A DNA stretch of 64,000 nucleotides from Gemmatimonadaceae bacterium (lineage in GTDB: Bacteria > Gemmatimonadota > Gemmatimonadetes > Gemmatimonadales > Gemmatimonadaceae), in the NCBI GenBank assembly GCA_036008805.1, contig DASYMZ010000193.1, positions 22,887 to 86,886 of the forward strand, read 5' to 3'. Positions 55,948 through 64,000 of this stretch are shown here, piece after piece. The notes below the pieces were generated by a model that was given only the letters and a program-made list of their open reading frames with translations, ran no database searches and was not told the DNA's origin. Position numbers and translations under genes: made by a program. The stretch's first letter is position 1. Each line of letters begins with the position of its first letter.

Positions 55948-57660
55948 ATGATCAGCCGGTCCCGCCACGTTGGACCCGTCTGCCTCGTCGCGTTGCTCGC
56001 GACGACCACCAGTGTCGCGCTGGGACAGGGCACGAAGGTCGCACCACCCATTCCTCGGCCGATCACATCGGTCACTGAGCTGGAAGGGACGTCCACAGTC
56101 GTGACGATCGCCGGCCGCTCCTCGGTGAATGCCGGCCAGCTCCAGTCCACCGCATTCGACATCGCGATTCAGGACGAGACGGGCGGAATCCGCGTCTTCG
56201 CTCGTGCGCTGCGGCTCCCCGTCCACGAGGGCGACAGCGTCATCGCCACCGGAACGATCCGCCGATATCGCGGCGATCTCGAGCTCGTGGCGAGTCGTGC
56301 GTCGATCGTCTCCGTTCTTCGGCGCACGATCGCGCCGCGGGACGTGCCGATCGACGTCACGACGATGAGTCGCTATCCCGGGCAGCTCGTACGCGTGCAC
56401 GGGCGCGTGACCGGCTTCGGGCACAGCGAAGGGGGACAGTGGATCCGCCTCCGCGACGGCTCCAATGCGACGCAAGGAACGATCACGGTCTGGGTTCCCG
56501 CCAATCACGGCGCGCCGGTCGACCTGTCGCACGTGCAGTCCGACGACAGCCTCACGGTGAGCGGCATCGTCACGTCCTACAAGGACAACGAGGACGAGCC
56601 CATCGTGTGGCAGCTCGTGCCGCGCAGCGCCGACGACGTGATCCTCTCCGCGGCACGCGCCAAATGGCCGGCATGGCTCGCGTGGGCAGTTGCCGCGATC
56701 ATCGCGATCATCGGCGCGGCGTTCACCCTCGTCCGGCTCCACTCTCGCCGACAGCTCCGCGCATTTCGCGAGACGGATGCGCGATACCGTCAGCTGCTCG
56801 CGCTCACCCCCGAGGCGGTGCTCGTGCACGCCGAGGGGCGCATCCTCTTCACGAATCCCGCAACGGCCGAGCTGCTGGGCGTTCCGAACGAACAGGAGCT
56901 CGTGGGCAAGCCGATCGCCGACTTCGTGCCGCCCGAGTCGCGCGATGCCTTGAACGGACTCGGCGTGGACGCAGGCGGTGGGCGCACGCCGCGCGTGCGG
57001 GGGCGGCTCATCACGTCGAGCCAGGGACCGCTGGACGTCGAGATCGCCTCGAGTCCGTGCGTCTACAACGACAAGCCCGCGGTGGTCGTGCTGGCGCGCG
57101 ACATCACGGCGCAGATCAGGTACGAGCGCGACCTGCAGGCGCTCGCGTTGATCGACGAGCTCACCGGGCTGCACAACCGGCGCGGGTTCAGCCTGTTCGC
57201 GGACCAGGAGCTCGCGCGCGCGCGACGGCACGGGCGCATTCCGACGCTGTTGTTCGCCGACCTGGACGACCTCAAGACCATCAACGACGTGCACGGCCAC
57301 GCGAGCGGCGATGTGGCGCTCAAGCTCGTGGCCAGCGCGCTCAAGAGCATCCTCAGAGAGTCGGACATCGTCGCGCGGTGGAGCGGCGACGAGTTCGTCG
57401 CGCTGCTCAGCGACGGTGATCTCGAAGCGGCGAGCCGCATCGACGAGCGGCTCGCGACGGCGATCTCGGCGCAGACACCGCCACATCTTCCGTATCGCGT
57501 GAGCGCGACCGTCGGCACGAGCACCTTGGATCCACTCCTCGCGTTGCGCGACGCGATGGAGCGGGCCGATGCGGAGCTCTACAACAAGAAGAAGCACTCG
57601 CGTCGCGACGGGAGACGGCCGACGCCCGAAAACGTCGACGTGGCGGCTGAACCCGAGTAG
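55948..57660 (+). CDS. Diguanylate cyclase with periplasmic tandem OB-fold-like domain, TM, PAS and GGDEF (SGDEF) domains
   Basis: Signal peptide from ATG 55948. Two OB-like modules (…GDSVIATGTIRRYRGDLELV… and …LTVSGIVTSYKDNEDEPIVWQLV…). TM. PAS (AVLVHAEGRILFTNPA). I-site RESD 5 residues before SGDEF. Confidence 0.8.
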   Translation: MISRSRHVGPVCLVALLATTTSVALGQGTKVAPPIPRPITSVTELEGTSTVVTIAGRSSVNAGQLQSTAFDIAIQDETGGIRVFARALRLPVHEGDSVIATGTIRRYRGDLELVASRASIVSVLRRTIAPRDVPIDVTTMSRYPGQLVRVHGRVTGFGHSEGGQWIRLRDGSNATQGTITVWVPANHGAPVDLSHVQSDDSLTVSGIVTSYKDNEDEPIVWQLVPRSADDVILSAARAKWPAWLAWAVAAIIAIIGAAFTLVRLHSRRQLRAFRETDARYRQLLALTPEAVLVHAEGRILFTNPATAELLGVPNEQELVGKPIADFVPPESRDALNGLGVDAGGGRTPRVRGRLITSSQGPLDVEIASSPCVYNDKPAVVVLARDITAQIRYERDLQALALIDELTGLHNRRGFSLFADQELARARRHGRIPTLLFADLDDLKTINDVHGHASGDVALKLVASALKSILRESDIVARWSGDEFVALLSDGDLEAASRIDERLATAISAQTPPHLPYRVSATVGTSTLDPLLALRDAMERADAELYNKKKHSRRDGRRPTPENVDVAAEPE

Positions 57661-57727
57661 GTTCCGAGGGTAGTAGCGCGACGCATGCTCATGATCGCCG
57701 GACCTCAGGACACGCAGGAGACGAACG

Positions 57728-58219
57728 ATGCATGATGATACGACGCTGACTCGGCGCGAATGGCTCGCGCGCGCGGCGAGCACGATCGGCGGCGGACTTG
57801 CGCTCGCCGCGGCGTTGCCGCGCATCGGCCACGCGTGGGCGAAGCCGGCCTCGATCACGGTCTACAAGGATCCGTCGTGCGGGTGCTGTACCAAGTGGGT
57901 GGAGCATCTGCGCGCGAGCGGACTCGCTCCCGACGTGCACGATCGCTCCGACATGGACGCGCTGAAGGACAGCCTCGGCGTGCCCGCGGCACTGCGCTCG
58001 TGTCACACGGCGGTCGCGGGGCGCTACGTCATCGAGGGTCACGTGCCGGCGGCCGACATCAAGACGCTGCTCGCTTCACATCCGGCGAACGTCGTCGGGC
58101 TCGCGGTGCCGGGCATGCCGGCTGGGTCGCCCGGAATGGAGATGGGTGGCCGCGCCGATCGCTACGACGTGATCGCGTTCGGCGCGAAGGGCACGACGCG
58201 CGTGTTCACGCAGCACTAG
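57728..58219 (+). CDS. DUF411 (CopG-type) periplasmic metal-binding protein
   Basis: Tat-like signal TRREWLARAAS. ITVYKDPSCGCCTKWVEHL, CHTAVAGRYVIEGHVP and PGMPAGSPGME are hallmarks of DUF411. Confidence 0.85.
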   Translation: MHDDTTLTRREWLARAASTIGGGLALAAALPRIGHAWAKPASITVYKDPSCGCCTKWVEHLRASGLAPDVHDRSDMDALKDSLGVPAALRSCHTAVAGRYVIEGHVPAADIKTLLASHPANVVGLAVPGMPAGSPGMEMGGRADRYDVIAFGAKGTTRVFTQH

Positions 58220-58460
58220 CTCACGCGGTCGAACGCGCGACGGGAGACGAACGGTCGTCGCTTGCTTCGCGACGTCTTGTATCAGAGATTCGCCCAATCG
58301 GAATCCGGTCGTCCTTCGGACTCCGGCACGACACGGTCGAGGTGCCGTCCGGGCGGTACCCGGCCGTGATCGTGCGAACTTGCATGCGGGTGACGGACAC
58401 GTCGTCGAGCAGCGGTCCACTTCTCGCACCATGCGGTCACCGGACACTCCGGGGGCGACG

Positions 58461-58961
58461 ATGGAAGCAACCGACGTTCGACAGCAGCTCTGTGCCGCGA
58501 TCGCGCGCCGCTCGCTCGTCATGTTCGAGTACGGCGACCTGATCCGCGTCGTGGAGCCGCATCGGTTCGGCGTCAACAGCGCCGGTCACGAGATGCTGAG
58601 CGGCTGGCTACGCGCCGGCTACAGCCGCTCCGATCCAGCAGGCGGCTGGCGCAACTATCTGCTGACCGAGGTGAGCGCGCTGCAGGTGCTCGACGCGCCA
58701 TTCGCCGGCACGCGCCCTGGCTATGCCGCGCACGATCCGCGGATGCGCGACGTGTTCTGCGAGCTCACGCCGACTGCGGCCGACGCCCCCGTCGAAGGAC
58801 CATACATCGTGCGTGAGCCGGCGCCGGCACGCACGCGGGACCGCGACGAGCGCACCGCTGACGCGGGACGTGCGACGCCGGCCTCATCGTCCGAGCAGCA
58901 CCCGGTAGAGGCGGCACGCACGCGCGACGGCGAGATCGATCCACCCGCGACGGCAGTCTGA
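58461..58961 (+). CDS. Small WYL-domain-like protein with disordered C-terminal tail
   Basis: LVMFEYGDLIRVVEPHRFGV...GGWRNYLLTEVSALQVLD resembles the WYL/SH3-like ligand-sensing fold. ATG 58461. Confidence 0.45.
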   Translation: MEATDVRQQLCAAIARRSLVMFEYGDLIRVVEPHRFGVNSAGHEMLSGWLRAGYSRSDPAGGWRNYLLTEVSALQVLDAPFAGTRPGYAAHDPRMRDVFCELTPTAADAPVEGPYIVREPAPARTRDRDERTADAGRATPASSSEQHPVEAARTRDGEIDPPATAV

Positions 58962-58968
58962 CCCGCGC

Positions 58969-60423
58969 CTAGAGCACGGCGTTCGTCGAGCGCGGCGTTG
59001 GTGGCGGCGCGAGCGCAGCGTGCGCCGCCTCGATCTGCGCGCGGACTGCTGCGGGACCCGTGCCGCCCTCCACCTCGCGATGTAGCACCGACCGCTCGGC
59101 GCTCAACGCTTCGTACACGTCCTCGCCGAACGACGCGTGCGCCGCCGTGAACGAGGCGAAGGGCAGCGCCTGCATCTCCCGGCCGGTCGTCTCGCTCTCA
59201 CGCACCAGTCGGCCGACCGCGCCGTGCGCCTCGCGGAACGTCGCGCCCTTGCGCACGAGATAGTCGGCGAGATCGGTCGCCATCATCGTGCTCGACAGGG
59301 CCGCGCGCATCCGTTCTGGGCGGAACGAACACTCGGCGAGGGCACCCGCCACCGCGGGAAGGACGAGCAGCAGGGTGTCCGTCGCGTCGAAGAGCACCCG
59401 CTTGTCGTCCTGCAGATCCTTGTTGTAGCTCGTCGGCAGCCCCTTCAGCGTCGCGAGCAGCGTCGTGAGGTTGCCGAGCATTCGCGCCGCCGATCCGCGC
59501 GCCAACTCGAGCGCGTCGGGATTCCGCTTCTGCGGCATCATGCTCGATCCGGACGTGTAGCCCTCGCCGAACTGCACGAACCCGAACTCGCTCGAGCCGT
59601 AGATGATCAGGTCCTCGGCGAGCCGCGAGAGATGCGTGCCGATCATCGCGGCGGCGAACAGCACCTCGGCGATGAAATCACGATCGCTCACCGCGTCGAT
59701 CGAGTTCGGAGAGAGCGCGTCGAAGCCGAGCGTGCCCTGAATGAGGATCCGCGAGATGGGATACGCGCAGCCCGCGACCGCTCCCGACCCGAGCGGCAGC
59801 ACGGCGGCCGAGTGGTGGGCTGCGCGCAGACGCGCGCGGTCACGCTCCAGCGGCCAAAAATGCGAGAGCAGCCAGTGCGCGCCCGACACCGGGATGGCGC
59901 GCTGCAGGTGCGTGTACGACGGCATGAGCGCCGTCTCGAGCGCGCGCGCCTGATCGAGCATCGTGCGCTGCAGCAACCGCAACGCGCCGTCGAGCTGCTG
60001 GCACACGTCGATGGTCCACAATCGCGTGGCCGTCGCGACCTGGTCGTTCCGACTCCGGCCCGTGTGCAGCTTGGAGGCGACGTCACCGATCTCCTCGTGG
60101 AGGAGCCGGTCGATGAGGGTGTGCACGTCCTCATCGGATGGCCGGGGCTGTTCGCCACCGCCGAGTCGTGTCGCCACCGCATCGAGCCCACGCTCGATGG
60201 ACTTGCTCTCGTCGAGCGTGAGCACGCCGGCGCCCCAGAGCGCCACCGCCCACGCCTTCGAGAGACGGATGTCGTACGGCCACAGGCGAAAGTCGACGCC
60301 GATGGAATTGTTCAGCGCATCGAACTCTGGGGTAGGGCCAGCGCCGAACCGGCCGCCCCAGAGCTTGTGTGACTTCGCGTCGCTCGCGGAATGCGGCGGC
60401 GCTCCTGCCTCGGCACCGGACAT
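58969..60423 (-). CDS. argH: Argininosuccinate lyase
   Basis: KLWGGRF, TGRSRNDQVAT, and the fumarate-lyase signature GSSMMPQKRNPD. Confidence 0.95.
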   Translation of the reverse strand: MSGAEAGAPPHSASDAKSHKLWGGRFGAGPTPEFDALNNSIGVDFRLWPYDIRLSKAWAVALWGAGVLTLDESKSIERGLDAVATRLGGGEQPRPSDEDVHTLIDRLLHEEIGDVASKLHTGRSRNDQVATATRLWTIDVCQQLDGALRLLQRTMLDQARALETALMPSYTHLQRAIPVSGAHWLLSHFWPLERDRARLRAAHHSAAVLPLGSGAVAGCAYPISRILIQGTLGFDALSPNSIDAVSDRDFIAEVLFAAAMIGTHLSRLAEDLIIYGSSEFGFVQFGEGYTSGSSMMPQKRNPDALELARGSAARMLGNLTTLLATLKGLPTSYNKDLQDDKRVLFDATDTLLLVLPAVAGALAECSFRPERMRAALSSTMMATDLADYLVRKGATFREAHGAVGRLVRESETTGREMQALPFASFTAAHASFGEDVYEALSAERSVLHREVEGGTGPAAVRAQIEAAHAALAPPPTPRSTNAVL

Positions 60424-60446
60424 CGTGTCGGCCTCGTCGCGTGCGT

Positions 60447-61736
60447 TCAGACGCCGACGAGCACGCCGCCGGCCGGCGCGGGAGCCGTCCCGTTGCCATT
60501 GCCATTGCTCGCGGCGTGCGCGGTGTGCGCCGCCGCGAGCTCCTGATCCTTGATCGCGCGCACTCGCGCGGGCAGGGCGAACAACCGGATGAAGCCCGCC
60601 GCGTCGCTCTGCTGGTACACGTCGTCCTCGCCGAAGGTGACGAAGCGTTCGTCATACAGGGCGTGCGCGCTCTCGCGACCCACGACCGAGACCGACCCCT
60701 TGAACAGCCGCAACGTGACCGTGCCCGTGATGCGCTCCTGCGTCACGTTGACGAACGCATCGTACGCCTCGCGCTCGGTCGTCCACCAGCGGCCCTCGTA
60801 CACCAGGTCCGCGTATCGCGGCGCGATGACGTCTTTGGCCGACAGCGTGCGCCGGTCGAGCACGAGCTGTTCGAGCTCCGAGTGCGCCGCGTAGAGCAGG
60901 GTGCCGCCCGGCGTCTCGTACACGCCACGCGACTTCATGCCGACCATCCGGTCCTCGACCAGGTCGATGCGCCCGACCCCATGTCGGCCGCCGACCGCGT
61001 TCAGCGCGGCGACGAGTGCGGAAGGTCCGAACGCCTTTCCATTGACCGAGACGGGCGTGCCCTGCTCGAAGCCGATCACCACGTCCTCCGCGGCGTCCGG
61101 CGCCTGCGACGGCTCGGTGGTGAGCATGAACATGTCCGGCTTGGGCGCCGAGTTCGGATCCTCGAGGTTTCCACCTTCGTGGCTGAGATGCCAGAGATTG
61201 GCGTCTCTCGAATAGATCTTCTCTTTGGTCGCGGCGATCGGGATGCCACGCGAGGTGGCGTAGTCGATCGCGTCTTCGCGGCTCCGGATGTCCCACTCGC
61301 GCCACGGCGCGATCACTGGAAGGTCCGGCGCCAGCGTGGCGAAGGTCATCTCGAAGCGGACCTGATCGTTCCCCTTGCCCGTGCAGCCGTGGGCGAGCGC
61401 GTCCGCGCCGACACGGCGCGCGACCTCGACCTGGCGCTTCGCGATGAGCGGACGCGCCATCGCGGTACCAAGGAGATACTTCCGGTTGTAGACGGCGCCC
61501 GCGCGCAGGGTGGGGAAGATGAAGTCGCGAACGAACTCCTCGCGAAGATCCTCGATGTAGCACTCCTCGGCACCGGAGGCGAGCGCCTTGTCGCGCACGC
61601 CGCGCAACTCGTCCGCTCCCTGTCCGATGTCGGCGGCGACGCAGATCACGCGCGCGTCATAGTGCTCGCGCAGCCAAGGCACGATGATCGAGGTGTCGAG
61701 GCCCCCGGAGTAGGCGAGGACGATGGTACGCGGCAT
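60447..61736 (-). CDS. argG: Argininosuccinate synthase
   Basis: [27 protein letters not shown] and [11 protein letters not shown] 61736 with AGGAG upstream. Gly/Asn/Ala-rich C-terminal tail. Confidence 0.95.
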   Translation of the reverse strand: MPRTIVLAYSGGLDTSIIVPWLREHYDARVICVAADIGQGADELRGVRDKALASGAEECYIEDLREEFVRDFIFPTLRAGAVYNRKYLLGTAMARPLIAKRQVEVARRVGADALAHGCTGKGNDQVRFEMTFATLAPDLPVIAPWREWDIRSREDAIDYATSRGIPIAATKEKIYSRDANLWHLSHEGGNLEDPNSAPKPDMFMLTTEPSQAPDAAEDVVIGFEQGTPVSVNGKAFGPSALVAALNAVGGRHGVGRIDLVEDRMVGMKSRGVYETPGGTLLYAAHSELEQLVLDRRTLSAKDVIAPRYADLVYEGRWWTTEREAYDAFVNVTQERITGTVTLRLFKGSVSVVGRESAHALYDERFVTFGEDDVYQQSDAAGFIRLFALPARVRAIKDQELAAAHTAHAASNGNGNGTAPAPAGGVLVGV

Positions 61737-61753
61737 GTCGGCTCCTGAGTAAG

Positions 61754-61780
61754 AAATTATGCAGTGCTTCTGCATATTTA
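61754..61780. promoter_or_regulatory. Imperfect 27-bp palindrome, candidate ArgR operator upstream of argG
   Basis: AAATTATGCAG-TGCTT-CTGCATATTTA, 18-44 nt upstream of the argG ATG. Shares the WTATGCAK half-site with the argC operator. Confidence 0.5.
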
Positions 61781-61837
61781 CACAGAAACAGAACCCCGGT
61801 CAAGACTGCGCGTTCCACCTCGCCCGGCCGTTGCGAC

Positions 61838-62299
61838 TCAGGACTCTCCGGCGAGCGCGAGGAGACGATCGGTGAGGGCGGCGCGAGCGGCTGCGGAGCG
61901 GGTCACGATGAGGATCGTGTCATCTCCCGCGATGGTGCCGAGCACCTCAGGGAACTCCTCCTGATCGATTGCTTCGGCGATCGGTTGAGCGCCGCTGGCG
62001 ACGGTATGCAATACGACCAGCTCGCCCACCCCGTCCACCTTCGAGAAGAGCTGTGGTAACAGATTGGCGAGCAAGGGCTTATCGTCATCCGGTACCAGAG
62101 ATTCCGGCAGCACGTACCGGACGCCCTCCGATGCGGAGACCCGGGCCAGGTGGAGGTCGCGTAAGTCACGCGACAGTGTCGCTTGTGTGACGTCCATCCC
62201 CTTACCGAGTAGCAACCGACGAAGCTCCTCCTGGCTACCCACGACGTGCGATGCGATCAGGTCGAGGATCGCTGCCTGCCGGATGCGTTTCTTGGTCAT
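61838..62299 (-). CDS. argR: Arginine repressor
   Basis: Winged-helix RQAAILDLIASHVVGSQEELRRLLLGKGMDVTQATLSRDLRDL and C-terminal GTIAGDDTILIV. ATG 62299. Confidence 0.93.
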   Translation of the reverse strand: MTKKRIRQAAILDLIASHVVGSQEELRRLLLGKGMDVTQATLSRDLRDLHLARVSASEGVRYVLPESLVPDDDKPLLANLLPQLFSKVDGVGELVVLHTVASGAQPIAEAIDQEEFPEVLGTIAGDDTILIVTRSAAARAALTDRLLALAGES

Positions 62300-62368
62300 G
62301 GATCCTCGCTGAGGCTCGCCGATACTATCACCCCGCTCCCTCGGCCGAAAGACCATTGACCGGATGAA

Positions 62369-62386
62369 TATGCATGATTATGCATT
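62369..62386. promoter_or_regulatory. 18-bp ARG-box-like operator in the argR/argC divergent region
   Basis: TATGCATGATTATGCATT against the E. coli consensus TNTGAATWWWWATTCANW. It has symmetric A-to-C and T-to-G changes (TGCAT...ATGCA). It overlaps a TTGACC (62356-62361)-N17-TATGCA promoter. Confidence 0.55.
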
Positions 62387-63375
62387 ATAACGTGAATACC
62401 ATCCCTGTGGGCGTGCTCGGAGCGAGCGGGTACGCCGGACGCGAGCTGTGTGCGCTCCTGCTGAATCACCCGCGGTTCACCATCGCCTTCGCCACCGCCA
62501 ACGAGCAGCGTGGGCAGACCGTGCGGCTCGCCGGCAAGACGATGACCTTCCAGGCGCCGGAAGACGCCGCCCTGGATCAGGTTGCGCTCGTGTTCTGTGC
62601 GCTGCCGCATGGCGCGTCGCTGCCCTGGGTGACGCGTGGGCGTGACGCTGGCGCTCGCGTGATCGATCTCTCGAGCGATCTTCGCCCGGGTCACGGAGGC
62701 GGACAGGCCGTATATGGTATGCCAGAGCTCCGTGCCGCCGCGTCCGGAACCTTGCTGCGCGAGTGCATCCGCACCGCCGAGGTCGTGGCGAATCCTGGCT
62801 GCTATCCGACGTCGATCCTGCTGGCGCTCGCGCCGTTGATCGCGGCCGATCTCGTCGCGCCCGGCGCCACCGTGATCGCCAATTCGGCGAGCGGCGTGAC
62901 CGGGGCAGGGAACTCGCCCAAGCGCGAGCTGCTCTTCGCCGAAGTGGCCGATGACTATCGCGCGTACGGGGTCGGGAACACGCACCGGCATCTCAAGGAG
63001 ATGACCGCGACGTTGAATACGCTCGGTGCCGACGCGGATCTCGTGTTCACGCCGCATCTGCTCCCCGTTGCGCGCGGCATCCTGTCGACGATCACGATTC
63101 CCCTCGCCGATTCGCTCGATGATCCCCTTGCCGTGTACCGCGCCGCGTACGCTCGCGAGCCCTTCATCGAGGTCATCGCCGAGCAGCCCGCGCTGCGCGA
63201 CGTGATCCATCGGAACGTGGTCCGGCTGACCGCCACCAGCATTCAAGGTACGCGCACCCCGACGCTGCTCGTGACCTCGGCAATCGACAATCTGGTCAAG
63301 GGTGCCGCGGGCCAGGCGCTCCAGAATGCGAACTTGATGTTCGGTCTGGACGAGACGCTCGGACTGCCCGCATGA
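62374..63375 (+). CDS. argC: N-acetyl-gamma-glutamyl-phosphate reductase
   Basis: GVLGASGYAG and the catalytic NPGCYPTS. The true start may be GTG 62392 ((M)NTIPVGVLGASGYAG), because 62374-62391 lies inside the operator. Confidence 0.93.
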   Translation: MIMHYNVNTIPVGVLGASGYAGRELCALLLNHPRFTIAFATANEQRGQTVRLAGKTMTFQAPEDAALDQVALVFCALPHGASLPWVTRGRDAGARVIDLSSDLRPGHGGGQAVYGMPELRAAASGTLLRECIRTAEVVANPGCYPTSILLALAPLIAADLVAPGATVIANSASGVTGAGNSPKRELLFAEVADDYRAYGVGNTHRHLKEMTATLNTLGADADLVFTPHLLPVARGILSTITIPLADSLDDPLAVYRAAYAREPFIEVIAEQPALRDVIHRNVVRLTATSIQGTRTPTLLVTSAIDNLVKGAAGQALQNANLMFGLDETLGLPA

Positions 63376-64000
63376 CGCGCGTCATCAAGGTCGGTGGCCG
63401 GCCGCAGCTCGATCCCTCGTTGTGTACGGCGCTCGCGCGCGCGAGCCTTGGCGCACCCGGATCGATCGTCGTCGTGCACGGGGGCGGTGACGAGGTGAGC
63501 ACGCTGCAACGTCTGTACGGAGTGGAATCACGCTTCAGCGGAGGGCGTCGCGTCACGAGCGTGCTCGATCTCGAGATCATTCGGATGGCGCTCTCCGGCT
63601 CGGCCAACAAGCGCCTCGTCGCCTCGCTGGTCGATGCCGGGGTCTCCGCCGTCGGACTCTCCGGTGAAGACGCGGCACTGCTCGTCTCCGATCCGCTCGA
63701 CCCGGATCACTTCGGACACGTGGGAGTGCCGTCGGGAGTGAACGTGGCGCTGCTTCGTCTTCTGCTGAGTGGCGGCTATCTGCCCGTGCTCTCCCCCGTG
63801 AGCCGCTCCACCGACGCCGCGATGGGACCGACGCTGAACGTCAACGGCGACGACGCGGCCGCCGCGATCGCGGTTGCGCTCGGTGCGGAGGAGCTGCTGC
63901 TGGTGTCAGACGTGGCTGGCGTCCTGCTCGAGGATCAGCCGGTCGCCATCCTCGGCCCCGAGGATGCACAACGCCTGATCGACGACGGAACGGCAAAGGG
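63372..64000 (+). CDS. argB: Acetylglutamate kinase (partial, continues beyond the window)
   Basis: Frame open from ATG 63372 (ATGA overlap with the argC stop). MTRVIKVGGRPQLD..VVVHGGGDEVS..GRRVTS..LPVLSPVS..NVNGDDAAAAIA are AAK-family motifs. Confidence 0.88.
   Translation, partial: MTRVIKVGGRPQLDPSLCTALARASLGAPGSIVVVHGGGDEVSTLQRLYGVESRFSGGRRVTSVLDLEIIRMALSGSANKRLVASLVDAGVSAVGLSGEDAALLVSDPLDPDHFGHVGVPSGVNVALLRLLLSGGYLPVLSPVSRSTDAAMGPTLNVNGDDAAAAIAVALGAEELLLVSDVAGVLLEDQPVAILGPEDAQRLIDDGTAK

Noticed and set aside
1-64000. Search for CRISPR arrays, IS elements, integrases, phage or defence-system genes, rRNA, tRNA and tmRNA
   Set aside because: I recognised none. There are no direct-repeat/spacer arrays, no transposase, integrase or recombinase signatures, and no restriction, Cas, Abi or toxin-antitoxin-like gene pairs. 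The intergenic regions are short and are accounted for by promoters, operators and terminators.

Overview
Very GC-rich window (roughly two-thirds G+C by eye), gene-dense, from the core chromosome of a Gram-negative-type bacterium. Protein signatures fit a Gemmatimonadota-like or similar high-GC lineage, but this cannot be confirmed without a database search. I support about 58 protein-coding genes. I found no rRNA, tRNA, CRISPR array, transposase or integrase.

Main blocks:
- A chemoreceptor, two histidine kinases, pyrE and a Ser/Thr kinase (1-6.5 kb).
- cspA-like gene and polA (6.5-10 kb).
- An orphan type IV pilin.
- An MFS/acyltransferase pair.
- A BMP-type (nucleoside-like) ABC importer with a NIF3 gene embedded in it.
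- parB-parA, a SIMPL protein, a GT-C glycosyltransferase and mnmG (20-27.4 kb).
- Hydrolases, an ABC-F ATPase, a rhomboid protease, murB and an M16 peptidase pair.
- A complete nine-gene histidine operon, hisG-D-C-H-A-B-F-N-IE (37.7-45.2 kb, minus strand).
- A cupredoxin lipoprotein, a PCP/BY-kinase-like protein, an HD hydrolase, ispG and a second csp.
- hrpB, an OB-fold/PAS/GGDEF cyclase, DUF411 and a WYL-like protein.
- An arginine cluster: argH-argG, argR, argC-argB.

I saw no obvious multi-gene defence or mobile system. The most interesting signals are cis-regulatory:
1. A His-codon leader peptide with a terminator/antiterminator upstream of hisG.
2. Three copies of a divergent parS-like 16-mer confined to the parAB locus.
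3. A cluster of DnaA-box-like 9-mers just downstream of parB.
4. TGCAT-type ARG boxes at both arg promoters.
5. A ~27% GC island with a compositionally atypical gene.

Many long antisense ORFs in the six-frame track are high-GC shadow frames and were rejected.
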